DNA of 64,000 bases, taken from Malacoraja senta. Taxonomy: Eukaryota. The position numbers and the translations under genes were made by a program. How positions within the stretch are numbered: position 1 is the stretch's first letter; the number at the start of each line of letters is the position of its first letter. The stretch is from contig JAXLNO010005840.1 of assembly GCA_038087875.1 (NCBI GenBank), forward strand, positions 62,001 to 126,000. Reading direction: 5' to 3'. The notes below the pieces were generated by a model. The model did not search any database, was not told where the DNA came from, and saw nothing but the letters and a program-made list of their open reading frames with translations. Below are positions 1 through 11,433 of this stretch, piece after piece.

Positions 1-262
1 GTAGAGCTGCTGCCTTACTGCACCAGAGACCTGGGTTTGATCCTGACTACAGGTGCTGTCTGCAAGGACATTGTATGTTCTCCCTGTGACTGCGTGGGTT
101 TCCTCCCACACTACAAAGACATACAGGTTTGTAGGTTACTTGGCTTAGGTAAAATTGTAAATTGTCCGTACTGTGTAGGTTAGTGTAAATGTATGGGTTG
201 ATCACTATTCAGCGAGGACTCAGTGAGCTGAGGGGCCTGTATCTGCAGCATATCTCTAAAGC
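1..262 (+). mobile_element. HE1/V-SINE-like tRNA-derived SINE (5' cut by window edge)
   Basis: B-box-like GGTTTGATCC followed by the conserved body (ggtgctgtc...gttctccctgtgac...cccacact..aaagac) shared with many copies in the window. Confidence 0.8.
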
Positions 263-368
263 CTAAAGTCTAAATCCACAGCTTAGTTAAGAGTGTGAGT
301 TGAGACTGTTATCTCAGTCCAGGAGATTTATGGTCTCAAGTGATCAGCCTCATTGACTTGCCACTTAC

Positions 369-641
369 CCTGTGGAACATTGACTCCCTGCAGCAGAGTT
401 GCATGTTCGATGTAACAGGAGAATTTTGCCACATCTTCTCTATTCAGTTGAATTGTATTCTTCAGCTGGTAAGTCCCATCCCAATTGGGCAACAGATCAC
501 TGGATTCAGACTCATGGACCCCCTCACCATCTCTCAGCCACGTTACATCGATGGCCCGTGGCTAGAAGCCTGTGACAAGGCAGGAGAGTCTCAGTGATTG
601 CGACCCATCACGTTTAATCCCAATAAACACCTCAGGGGTTT
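369..641 (-). pseudogene. MHC class I-like alpha3 (Ig C1-set) exon with premature stop
   Basis: 273-bp exon between ttgcag and gtaagt; C1-set motifs LSCLVTGF*PRAIDVTW, LLPNWDGTYQL, FSCYIEH; the canonical GFYP reads GF*P (TAG at 562-564). Confidence 0.93.
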
Positions 642-766
642 CTGCAAGTGTAAGAAGAGTCAGAATCAGTGAAGACATGAACAAAAGCCTTCAATTGTAA
701 GATCACTGCAACTCACCACTTTCCCAATCAGAGTTTTTTCTCTGGCTGAACTAAGTTTTCAGTCTA

Positions 767-897
767 GACCCAAAATGCTGGAATAACTCAGCAGGTCAGG
801 CAGCATTCTGGAGAGAAGGAATGCCCAGAGATGCTATCTGACCCACTGAGTTACACCAACATCTTCTATCTTCAGTGTAAACCATCATCTGCAGTTC
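767..897. mobile_element. Fold-back remnant of the Penelope-like terminal module (hammerhead core absent)
   Basis: caaaatgctggaataactcagcaggtcaggcagcat... followed directly by its inverted copy ...gatgctatctgacccactgagttacacca...catctgcagttc. Confidence 0.6.
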
Positions 898-1455
898 TAT
901 CTTGCACAAAGTTTACAGCCTTTTCTCTTTTCATTTTGCATTTCTGGCAAAACAACAAAACATTTAGCTTTAATATCACTGACATGCTCCTTATCTTAGC
1001 TCCAGGCTTTAACTGACAGCACAGATGAAAGGGGAATGCAGGCCCAATGGAGGAGTATAACTCACCATTGGGATTGATACTGTAGACATGATTGCTTCTA
1101 CCTGTTCATGAATCTCTGCTGAATAATAACACTAAATATTCCAAGAGGGAATGGGAGGAAGAAGTTCTTCAAATAGAGAACTGTTGGAAATTGAATGTCA
1201 CCATCCCAAGGAGTAATAGAGGCAAATAGAGAATCTGATTGGGTTTCTGATCAGTTCAGCAACAGACCCTTCAGGCCACAAGGTCGGTGCTAAACATAAG
1301 ACCAAGATACATATTCCTCCATTTCCTGAATATCTATATGACTGTGGATAAAGGACACTGGTACAATATTTATCTTTCACTTGCACTTCCTACCCACTGG
1401 TTCCATCTAAGAGGCACGTTGCCAGACAATTTACTGATACCCACGTTGTAGAACA

Positions 1456-1746
1456 GGGTGGCGAAGCGATCGAGCTACTGCCTTACAGCGCCAGAGACCT
1501 GGGTTTGTTACTAACTACGGGTGCTTGTCTTTACAGAGTTTGTACGTTCTCCCTGTGACCTGCGTGGGTTTTATCCGAGATCTTCGGTTTCCCCTCACAC
1601 TCGAAAGACGTACAAATTTGTAGTTTAATTGGATTGGTATAAATGCAAATTGTCCCTAGTGTGTGTAGGATAGTGTTAGTGTGCGGGCATGGCTGCTCGG
1701 TGCGGTCTCGGTGGGTTTCCGCGCTGTATCACTAAACTAAACTAAA
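1456..1746 (+). mobile_element. HE1/V-SINE-like SINE
   Basis: tRNA-like head, conserved central body and (ACTAA)n tail. Confidence 0.85.
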
Positions 1747-1845
1747 TAATTACTCAAGTGACAGCCTGAAGTGCATGATATTTCCCACCTGATCTATCCA
1801 GAGGATATCCTCTGGCCCATCAGTCAGAGTGCCTACGTCGTGTAC

Positions 1846-2120
1846 CTCTCCTCTGTAGTGCTTCTTGTCCACACTCCAGATATATCCGCAGCCACTTCAC
1901 ACAGTCCTTCTCCAGGAGATCTTTAAAATACTTGTTATGAAGGTGTTGACATTCCACCGATCTGCTAGCATCTGGAAATCTGGACGTAGTGCAATCCAGC
2001 GCATTCTGTCCTTGTCAAAAGCACAGGCATCCTCCCCATCATAACCCAGTCTGACAAACCCATCAGTGGAATTGTCACTGTCCACTTCACAGCCGCAGAA
2101 ACCCTGCACAAAGCAAACAG
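1846..2120 (-). pseudogene. MHC class I-like alpha2 exon with 1-bp deletion
   Basis: ccccag acceptor then (T)VCFVQGFCGCEVD...GYDGEDACAFDKDRMRWIA...DRWN. The frame then shifts to KYFKDLLEKDCVKWLRIYLECGQEALQRR with a gtac donor. Length is 275 bp, one base short of the 276 that phase 1-1 requires. Confidence 0.92.
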
Positions 2121-3179
2121 CTGGGGCTGAGGTAGGGGTGGAGGATTTGTGTTGGGGAGAGTGGATGGAAGGGAGAGGCAATTTACAAATCAGTTCTCAG
2201 CATGGTACAAACAGGCATAACAGAACACAACATGGAGCTGTACAGCACAGGAGCAGGTTTAGCTCAGAGATACAGCGCGGAAACAGGCCCTTCGGCCCAC
2301 CGAGTCCGCACCGACCAGTGGTCCCCGCATATTAACACTATCCTACACAGACTACTTTTCTTTTCCAGCTTTCTCCACTCTACCCCATCACTCTAAATGG
2401 TCCTGGTCTCATATGTTTTCTGTCCATTTTTCCACAGCATGCTGCCTGACTCGTTGAGTTCCTCCTGTTTGTTTTAAATTCAGATTGGCAGCATCTGCAG
2501 TTTGCTGTGACTCCATCTTAGCACAATGGATTATCAATGTGGATTCAGTGAGCAGAAGGGCCGGTTTCCATGCTGTGTGACTCAATGACCCATGGTCTAT
2601 ATACTGAGGGCATGGACTAACCTCAAGTGTTATGGGGGGAGCTTTACTGTTGCGGATGTAACACTAAAGGAGTTCTGCTGTGTCAGAAGGGTGGAACTCA
2701 GATTCTGCACTGTCGTACATAAAGAACAGAGGAAGAAGTGCATTGTCAGATGGGCAATGCTACAGAGCCAACAGGTCAGTCTGAAGGTTAAGGCAATGCA
2801 GATGGGAAGTACATCAAGGCTGTTGCACTGTGTGGGATTGCTACACCCTCTGAGGATTGTTGCCAATATTGAGGGGATGCTGGATTAACACAATATTATT
2901 ACTGAGGGAATACCTCATAGTCACCATCAACCAGCTTAAATCAAGATCCCATCTCTAGATGATCAGGCTATAAATAAACTAATGGTTTCTCCCTCATTCC
3001 AGCCCAACAAAACAGATGATCCAATCCATCCACTTATTACTGGTGTTGAATATCAAATGCTTAACCCATAAAGAGACTATCACCAGCCAACTGTTATGAC
3101 TGTGTGTTCAGCAGTTAGGACACATTAAATATAGACGATGGGCCGTGTCTCTATCAAAATGTTATGGAGTAAATGTCTG

Positions 3180-3805
3180 AAACAGCATCAATGGTGCTGA
3201 AGTGAAAAAGGTTGAGAGTTTCTGGTTCCCCTACTGCCTCAGGAGACTAAGGAAATGCGGCATCTCCAATGACTCTTACAAACTTCTACAAATGTGCCAT
3301 AGAAAGCATACTGACAGGTTGCATCACAACTTAGTTTGGAAAGAGTTCTGCCCAAGACCGCTGAAAATTGCAGAGAGGTGGAGATGTAGCACAGTCGATC
3401 ACACAAACATGATTCCCCACCAGTGAATCCATCTGTATTTCAACTGGTTCAGGAAAGCAGACAACATAATCAAAGATTTGTCCCGTTCTGGTCACTCCTT
3501 CTTCTTCCTGCAGAAGGTACGTAAGCATTAAAGCGTGCACCACCAGACTCAGTAACTGTTTCCTCCCCTATGTTATCAGGTTTCTGAACAGTCCTCCCTT
3601 ATGCTAGGGTTCACCTCAACCCCATTGTAGACACTGGACTTTGTCTCTGGCACTGGTACATTACAATGCTGAGAACTACATTCTGCACTCTTTGCTCTAC
3701 CTATTGTACGAGTTTGGTTTGATTGTATTTATGAATAGTTTTCTTTGATGTGATTGACTAACGCAAAAAAAGTGTATCAGAGAATCATGTGTCAACAATA
3801 AAACT
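3180..3805 (+). mobile_element. Rex1/Babar-like LINE 3' fragment in MHC intron
   Basis: Degenerate RT C-terminal reading (VKKVESF..., LRRLRKCGIS..., CITT..) ending in a ...tgtgtcaacaataaa tail. Confidence 0.6.
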
Positions 3806-3866
3806 AAAACAAAATCCATCTGTGTCATCACTGAGTGTCTACCCCAGGTCCGCTCACGACACTTAC

Positions 3867-4127
3867 TCGAGATACCATGTTGCTGTTGCTAGACTATCTC
3901 AGCATTTCCTCTGACAATCCCATGAAAACCTGCAACTGTGATGGCCATTGAATCCCAGTGATCATGCGGGAAAGACTGGGCCATCCATCGCTGTCTGGGA
4001 ACAGCCCGCTCTAGTGTGCTGTCAAAATATGCTATCTGGACGTCATCCAGCATTGCTACCATACTGTACTCAGGCAGCTCATTCAATCCATGGTTCAACA
4101 GGTAGTAAAATGCAAGATGGTGTAAAT
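3867..4127 (-). pseudogene. MHC class I-like alpha1 exon with premature stop
   Basis: 261-bp exon between ttgcag and gtaagt: DLHHLAFYYLLNHGLNELPEYSMVAMLDDVQIAYFDSTLERAVPRQRWMAQSFPHDHWDSMAITVAGFHGIVRGNAEIV*QQQHGIS. Confidence 0.92.
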
Positions 4128-4318
4128 CTGCAATGCATAAACAAAAATAAGTATGATTGTATCATTCACTGAAAATAACTAAGTTATTAATGCTAAAACT
4201 GATAACAATACAATAACTTTGAATAAGGGAGTCACAAGGACCTGCAGATGCAAGTGCTGGATGAACTCAGTGGGGCAGGCAGCATCAATGATCAGGTGAC
4301 AATTTGGGTCAGGAGCCT

Positions 4319-4625
4319 TTAGTTTAGTTTTTAGCTTAGAGATACAGCATGGAAACAGGCCCTTCGTGCGAGTCCACACTGACCAGCAACCCCCACACAA
4401 TAACACTATCCTACACACACTAGGGACAATTTACATTCTAGACCAAGCCAATTAACCTACAAACCTATACGTCTTTGGAATGTGGGAAGAATCCGAACAT
4501 CTCGGGAAAAACCCACACGGTAATGGGGAGAATGGACAAACTCCGTACAGACAGCATCCGTAATCAGGATCCAACCTGGGTCTATGGTGCTGTAATCGAG
4601 TAAGTCTACCGCTGCACCACTGAGC
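4319..4625 (-). mobile_element. HE1/V-SINE-like SINE
   Basis: Reverse complement of the SINE consensus, with (TTTAG)n tail at the low-coordinate end. Confidence 0.85.
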
Positions 4626-5696
4626 CTTCTTCAAGAGTTGGCATGATGGGCTCTGATACCTACTCCACCAATTATGGTCGAGGTATTGAATGATCCTACT
4701 GGATTGTTTCCCATCTTCAAAGATCTATTATTGTCTATCATGTCGATAGGTTCTACTAGTTACAATATTCCAAAATTTGAAGAATATTTTATTATATTAA
4801 GAAACTGGACAATGTCAAGGAGACTTTATAGAATCATAGAGAGGTAAAGTCAAAGAGTCATACAGCAGGGAATCAGGGCCTATGGCTCAACTTGCCACAC
4901 CAACCAACATGCCTCATCTACACTACCTGTATTTCATCAGTACATAAGTTCTAGGAGAATAATTAGGCCATTCAGCCCATCGGCCATTCAATCATGGCTG
5001 AGCTATCTCTCCCTATCAACCACATTCTCCTGCCTGCACCCCATAACCCTTGAAACCCATACTGATCAAGAATCTGTTAATCTCCACCTGAGAAATATCC
5101 ATTGATGTGGGCTCTACAGCTGACTGAGGCCCATATCCTTATAAGCCTATCCTATCCATGTACCTGATTAAATGATTCTTAAATGTCGTGACAGTACGCG
5201 CCTGAACTACCTTCTCCGGCAGTTCATTCAGTACACCCACCACCCTTTGTGTAACAATGCTATGCCTCAGGTTCCTATTAAATCATTCCCCCCTCATCTT
5301 AAACTTATGTTCACTGGGTACAGCACATAAAAGGCCCTTTAGCCCACCAAGTTCGTGGTGACCATCAAACACCTATTTATACCTGTGGTACGCTAACCCT
5401 TTTAATATTTGCCAATCTCCCATTAACACCTCCCTCATCCCCTCCACCAATTCTAATACATATGCATGACCAATTCACACTGGCCAATTTACCTTTCAGC
5501 CCGGCATTTTGGGGACGTGCGGGGAAACTGGAATAACCATAGCAAACACACGTTTGCAGGGGGGAAAAAAAGCCAGGTTGTAAGAGATCAGGATTGAGTC
5601 CAGGTCCTCATAGGCAGCTGCAACACAGCTCATAGAGATGGGGGGGGGGGGGGGGGTGGTGGAGACTGAGATAAACAGGGCCTAAATTGAAACTCG

Positions 5697-6245
5697 ACAC
5701 AAAATACTGGAGTAACTCAGTGGGTCAGGCAGCATCTCCGGAGAAAAGGAAAAGGTGACGTTTCGTGTCGAGACCCTTCTTCAGAATGAGAGTCAGGGGA
5801 CAGAGAACCGAGAGATATGACAAAGTACAATGAAATATATGCACCCCGACTCTGTCTGATGCAGTGTCTTGACCTGAAACTCCACCTATTCCTTTTCTCC
5901 AGCGATGCTGCCTGACTTGCTGAGTTACTCCAGCCTTTTGTATCTATCTTCGGTGTAAACCAGCATCTGCATCAGCAGTCAGAAGAAGGGTCTCGACCCG
6001 AAACGTCACCCATACCTTCTCTCTAGGGATGCTGCCTGTGCCGCTGAGTTACTCCAGCTTTATTGTCTATCTTCGGTTTAAATCAGCTTCTGCAGTTCCT
6101 TCTTACACATCTGCACTTCCTTCCTACACTTGTGTCAACTGAAACATCACCTAACCATGTTCTCCAGACATACTGCCTGACCTGCTGAATTACTCCAGTA
6201 TTTTATGTGTATTAACCAGCATGTGCAGTTTCTTGTTTCCACATG
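5697..6245. mobile_element. Cluster of inverted and tandem Penelope-like terminal modules
   Basis: One module in one orientation (5697-5790) followed by three in the opposite orientation; hammerhead-like cores with point defects at about 5753-5786 (minus) and 5977-6010 (plus). Confidence 0.65.
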
Positions 6246-7259
6246 CATAAGCAGTATTTGTTCTGTGATAAAGATTACATGCAGCACACCAGACAGTGTC
6301 AAAGTTCATGTGTTTAAGTGAAGTGAGAAGGGGCCCCGAGGGCAGAGTTAGAAGTGTCTGTTTTAGTGTTACCAGGAGAAACATAAGACGGCTAAGAGTG
6401 GAATACAGTAACGATAAAATCCATGTGGCTTCCCAAAACACTCCACAGCCGAGGATTTTTGTTTTATATGTTATTATTTCAACATGGCCATCACCATTAT
6501 ATGGTTTCGGCCCGAAACGTTGCCTATTTCCTTCGCTCCATAGATGCTGCTGCACCCGCTGACTTTCTCCAGCATTTTTGTGTACCTTCGATTTTCCAGC
6601 ATCTGCAGTTCCTTCTTTAACACCATTATATTTACTTTCATTTGATAACAATGGGATGAAACTTTCAGGACGAGTAGGTTTGTAATCTCCAAGCCTTGAT
6701 GAATGTCAGAATAGTTAGAAAGGTACCATTGTGTGGGAAGAAATTGCTCATCAGATTCCCATTCAATCTTTCCCCCCTCAATGTAAACCTATGTCCTCTG
6801 GTTCTCGATTCTGTAATCTGTTGAATATGTTGCCCACTTGAAAATTTCCAGATTGAGATTGATAGATTTTTGTTCATTAAGGGTGTAATGGGCTGGAGTT
6901 CGGCCACAATGTCTGTGCCGAACATGATGTCAAGTTCAACTAAACTCTTCATGCTTGTAGATGATTCATATCCCTCAATTCCCTGCATATCCACGTGCCT
7001 ATCCTCAAGCTTCTTAAATCTCATTATCGTCTTCTGGGGAAGTGGTGATGGGGTAATGGATAGGGTCTGCAGGACAGGAAGCATGCAACAAACAACAAGA
7101 TGGCAACAACATTAACACAACATTGATTGGTCATTTAATGCAGGCTGAATTTTACCATCATGTGAGTGTCTAACACCAGCTGAGGAAATCTTGGAGAGGT
7201 GGAACACCTACTAATGCAGAAGTCACTTCTTTATTGAAAGTGCACATCACCTGAATTCT

Positions 7260-7675
7260 GTCTGAGGCATTAGTGCAAGGACAGATTGGACAAACATGGA
7301 TTGTTTTCTCTTGTATACTGGAGGTTGAAGGGAGACCTGATGAAAGTGCACAACATGGTGAGAGGCACAGACAGAGTGGACAGCCAGAACCTTTTTCCCA
7401 GGGTGGAAATGTTGAAGACCAGAGAACATCACTTTAAGGTTGGAGAAGCAATGTTCAAAGGAGATGAGCGGAGCAAGTTGTTTTATGTGGAGGGTGGTGG
7501 ACATCTGTAACGCGCTGCCAGTGGTGGTTGTGGTGATGGTGGCAGATATAACAGTTACATTTCAGAGGCTTTTAGATAGGTACATAGATAGGCAGGGAAT
7601 GGCCGGATACAGATCACATACAGGTAGAGGAGATTAGTTTAGTTTGTTCGGCACAGACATTGTGGGCCGAAGGTA
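7260..7675 (+). mobile_element. CR1 LINE 3' fragment
   Basis: GLFSL..RLKGDLMKV...DRVDSQNLFPRVEM.KTREH; typical CR1 ORF2 C-terminus and 3' UTR. Confidence 0.8.
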
Positions 7676-7729
7676 GACAAAATGCTGAGGTAACAGCGGG
7701 TCAGGCAGCATCTCTGGAGAAAAGGAACG

Positions 7730-7763
7730 GGTGACGTTTCGGGTCGAGACCCTTCTTCAGACT
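7730..7763 (-). ncRNA. Minimal type I hammerhead ribozyme motif (Penelope-associated), intact core
   Basis: Minus strand reads AGU CUGAAGA A GGGU-CUCG-ACCC GAAAC GUC ACC: core C3-A9, stem II hairpin, G12-A14, palindromic ACGU stem III, GUC cleavage triplet. Confidence 0.7.
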
Positions 7764-8063
7764 GAAGGACTGAAGGACCTGCTCCTGTGCTGTATTGTAC
7801 TATGTTCTATGTTCATTATTTACATGTATTCAGTTCTTCTGTTCAATGGATTGCCAAGGTAACCATAGTATATATAACTTCCCACAGGAGCCTTTACAAC
7901 TAAGGAAAGACCGTTACCCAAAATTATTAATACATTCAATTCAATCATTCAATTAATACATCCAAGACAATGAACCCAGGGCAAACACAGGGACTGTGCA
8001 ACAGTAAATATAATCAGTTTTGTTGTTTCCTCAAAGTTCACAGGTTGAAGCAGTATTGCTTAC

Positions 8064-8115
8064 CAGAGGAGACAGTGGCCACACCGTAAGTGTTCAGTAA
8101 GGTAAAAAGAAGCAT
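8064..8115 (-). pseudogene. MHC class I-like leader exon
   Basis: ATG CTT CTT TTT ACC TTA CTG ... GTC TCC TCT G|gtaagc = MLLFTLLNTYGVATVSS; phase 1 joins alpha1 in frame (G+AT = Asp). Confidence 0.85.
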
Positions 8116-8253
8116 GTTTAACAGCCGCCCACAGCACTATTTAACCAGCAGAGTAAATGCAGCAACAGTAACATAATCTCTTGTACGTTTTTAACAGAAC
8201 TCTGGTGTGAAGGTAATTATTGGTCCATGTATACACAAACCTGATAACCAGAT

Positions 8254-8296
8254 CCAATGGGAATGAGACCACTTGTTCTCGTCACTAATTACCAGT
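8254..8296 (-). promoter_or_regulatory. Candidate MHC X1-X2-Y (SXY) promoter module
   Basis: Minus strand CTGGTAATTAG-TGACG-21 bp-ATTGG, located 140-180 bp upstream of the leader ATG. Confidence 0.55.
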
Positions 8297-9844
8297 GAAT
8301 ACAGTTTACGGATTGGGTTTTATGGTAGGGATTATATTGGTGTTTTAAGGACAACAATTACAAAATCATATTTCACATAGCATCTTACAGCCGAATAGAT
8401 GTTTCTCAAAGTATAATGATTTTACAATTCAGAATGCAGTCAATTCCACAAACTGCAGTGTTAGATAAACCAGAAGTCTACTTTACTGTGTAGGAAGGAA
8501 CTGCAGATGCTTGTTTTACTGTAGGCAGATGCAAAAAGCTGCAGTAACTCAGCGGGTCAGGCAGCATTTCTGGGGGAAAGGAATAGGTGACATTTCGGGA
8601 AGGGTCTCAACACAAATCGTCACCTTTTCCTTTTTCCCAGAAGTGCTGCCTGACCTGCTGAGTTACTCCATCTTTTTATAAGCATAGAAAATAGGTGCAT
8701 GAGGAGGCCCTTCGGCCCTTCGAGCCAGCACTGCCATTCATGGTGATCATGGCTGATCGTCCCCAATCAATGCCTGCCTTCTCCCCATATCCCTTGATTC
8801 CACCAGCCTCTAGAGCTCTATCTAACATTTTTGTGTCTGTCTTTAGTCCACTTTACTGTTATTGCTTAAGTAATAAAAATTGGACAATGCATGTGTAATA
8901 ATTTCCCAGCCCTTATTTGAGGTAATACCATGCGTCTTTTTTTTCAGCTGGGAGGAGAGACATGAGCTCAGTTTAAAGTTGTGTCTAGGTGTAAATGTGC
9001 AGCTCAGTCTCAACATCAGTGCAGAAATCTCTCATTGAGCCTTCTGTTAATACATGGCCCTTTACACCATGTCCCACTCACCTGAAAACTATGCTCTCCA
9101 TTACTTTATATTTACACCCTGTGGAAAAGATTCTGACTCTCTATCCCATCTATGCCTCTCATAGTTTTATATACTTTTATCAACCTCCAGCATTCTAGCG
9201 ATTACAATCTAAGTCTGTCCAACCTCTCCTTCCAGCTAATATCTAATCTGTGCATCATTCTGGCAAACCACCTCTGCACAAATTCCATGCTTCCAAATTC
9301 ATCCTGCATTGGGGCAACCAGAAATGCCGATAATATTCTAAAAGTGGCCTATCTGAAGTTCTATTCTCCGACCAGTCTGACTGTCCCCCTGATTAAAAAT
9401 TATCTATGTATGCTTCGTTCACACCTACTCCTGGCTAATAATGATCTATTCTACATTTTCCTTGAACTACATCTCATTTGATGTCATTCTTTCATACCTT
9501 ACACTTCCTTATCTCCATGTCTCCCTTTCCTCTTCAGCCTGAAGGGACTCAACCAGAAATGTCAGCCATTCCTTCTATCCAGAGATGCTGCCTGTCCCAC
9601 TGAGTTACTCCAGCATTTTGTGTCTATCTTTGAAGTTCCATAAAGCAGCATATGACTTCCTGACTCTTATACTCAATGCTATGAATAGTGTCTTTACCAC
9701 TCTGGCTTTCAATTGATTGAAGGCGGAAAGGAGCCAAAGAATTATATAGCAAAAAATCTCTGTGGTGGGACTGGAACAGAATGTTTTTTTTTAAAGCAAA
9801 AAAATCAAGGATATTGTTCAATAAAAAAGTAAAATATTTCTTTT

Positions 9845-10300
9845 CCCGGTATGGCGGGACTAACATATGATGAAAGAATGGACTGACTGGGCTTATATTC
9901 ACTGGAATTTAGGATGAGATGGGATCTTATAGACGCATATAAAATTCTTAAGGGATTGGACAGTTAGATGCAGGAAAAATGTTCCCGATATTGGGGGGAG
10001 TCCAGAACCAGGAGTCACAGTTTACGAGTAAAGGGTAGGCCATTTAGGAATGAGATGAAGAAAAACGCTTTCACCCAGATAGTTGTGAATCTGTGGAATT
10101 CTCTGCCACAGAAGGCAGTGGAGGCCAATTCACTCGATGTCTTCAAGAGAGAGTTAGATCTTAGGGCTACAGAATCAAGGGATATGGGGAGAAAGCAGGA
10201 ACAGGGTATTGATTCTGGATGCTCAGCCATGATCATATTGAATGACGGTGCTGGCTTGAAGGCCATAATTTTCTACTCCTGCACCTGCTTTCTCTGTTTC
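9845..10300 (+). mobile_element. CR1 LINE 3' fragment
   Basis: Frameshifted ...ERMD.LGLYSLEF..GDL..YKILKGLD.LDAGKMFP..GESRTR..; CR1 3' UTR gatcagccatgatcatattgaatg-like motif. Confidence 0.85.
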
Positions 10301-11123
10301 TATATTGCTGCAGATGGATTGTTAAACGTCCATTCTTTTAAAAGTTCTGCCCCAGTGACTAAAATGCAACAGGTTGTTCATGCCGAGGAATTTGAAGTTC
10401 TTCACCATTCCCACTTCAGCACTCGCACTTCTACAGTATTGATTCTGACTTCAATGTTTCAATGATTCTTTATTGTCACTTATGCACTGCACAGTGAAAT
10501 TCTTGCTCCCGTCGCCGTAATTTGGCAGTATTTACAAAAGAAAAAGAAAAAGTCCAATGTCCGGTCCGTATGTTGGATTTACTGGAGCGCCCCCGATCCA
10601 CGTAAGCTCAGTTAAACCCCAGGCTATTGCCAGGGGGGCCTCCTCCGTCACCCTCGACCAGCTCGGCCAGCCAACAGACGTCCCTCTCCTCGCCCAACTG
10701 GCTCTGTGTCCCGGGAGGCAACTCCTCTCCTGGAGGTAATACCTCAGTCCCTCTCTTAGCGGCCCATTCCTTGCGTCCGTCGGCGGCAGCGGCTCCCTCC
10801 TCCACGACTCTCCGGGTTTCGGGGCCAAGCTCAGCAGCTTCCACCGGGTTGCTCTTCACACCGGCGAACCAAACCTGCCGCCACATATGGCTGCAGGCGA
10901 CCGGCCGAGTCCATCTTCGTTCTCGGCGGCCGCCTGGTCGATTCGTGTTGGGTTCCGTGGGGCGATCCGTGGTCATTTGCTTCTGCCGCTGCGGTGCATC
11001 CCAGAAGCTTATGGCTTGTACACCATCTTCCTTCCAGCAGTCGATAACTAGCTCCTTCAAATTCACCTTGCTGACATTGAGGGAGAGATTGGAGATTCTG
11101 CAATAGAATAGTGAACATATTTA

Positions 11124-11433
11124 GGGGTGGCACAATGGCGCAGCGGTGGAGCTGCTGTCTTACAGCGCCAGAGACCCGGGTTCGATCCTGACAACGGGTG
11201 CTGTCAGTAAGGTGTTTGTACGTTCTCCCCGTGATCACATGGGATTTCTCCGGGAGCTCTGATTTCCTCCCACACTCCAAAGACATACAGGTTTGTAAGT
11301 TATTGTCCTTCGGTAAAAACAATGGTAAATTGTCTCACCTGTGTCGGATGGTGCTGGTTTATGGGGATCGCTGGTCGGCGCGGACTCAGTAGGATGAAGG
11401 GACTATTTCAGCGCTGTATCTCTAAAACTAAAC
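11124..11433 (+). mobile_element. HE1/V-SINE-like SINE (well preserved)
   Basis: A-box TGGCGCAGCGG, B-box GGTTCGATCC, conserved body, ctaaaactaaac tail. Confidence 0.9.

Larger units (their letters stand above)
369..8115 (-). pseudogene. Non-classical MHC class I-like heavy chain pseudogene (leader, alpha1, alpha2, alpha3; TM/cytoplasmic exons outside window)
   Basis: Four exons joined by phase-1 GT-AG introns give MLLFTLLNTYGVATVSS-DLHHLAFYY...PRQRWM...HW / VQGFCGC...GYDGED..AFD...W...DCVKWLRIYL / PEVF...LSCLVTGF*P..IDVTW...LPNWDGTYQL...FSCYIEH. Lesions: TAG 3889-3891, 1-bp deletion near 1931-1940, TAG 562-564. Confidence 0.93.

Noticed and set aside
7024-7134. Hydrophobic minus-strand peptide MTNQCCVNVVAILLFVACFLSC... 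as the MHC leader
   Set aside because: It has no suitable phase-1 donor and runs into CR1 debris; the exon at 8064-8115 has a proper ATG, a GTAAGC donor and the correct phase.
10532-11106. Overlapping GC-rich ORFs (10608-11066 minus, 10627-11106 plus)
   Set aside because: The only recognisable part (NLSLNVSK..LKELVID) is a Rex/Babar RT scrap; the rest is open in several frames because of GC content and shows no family motif.
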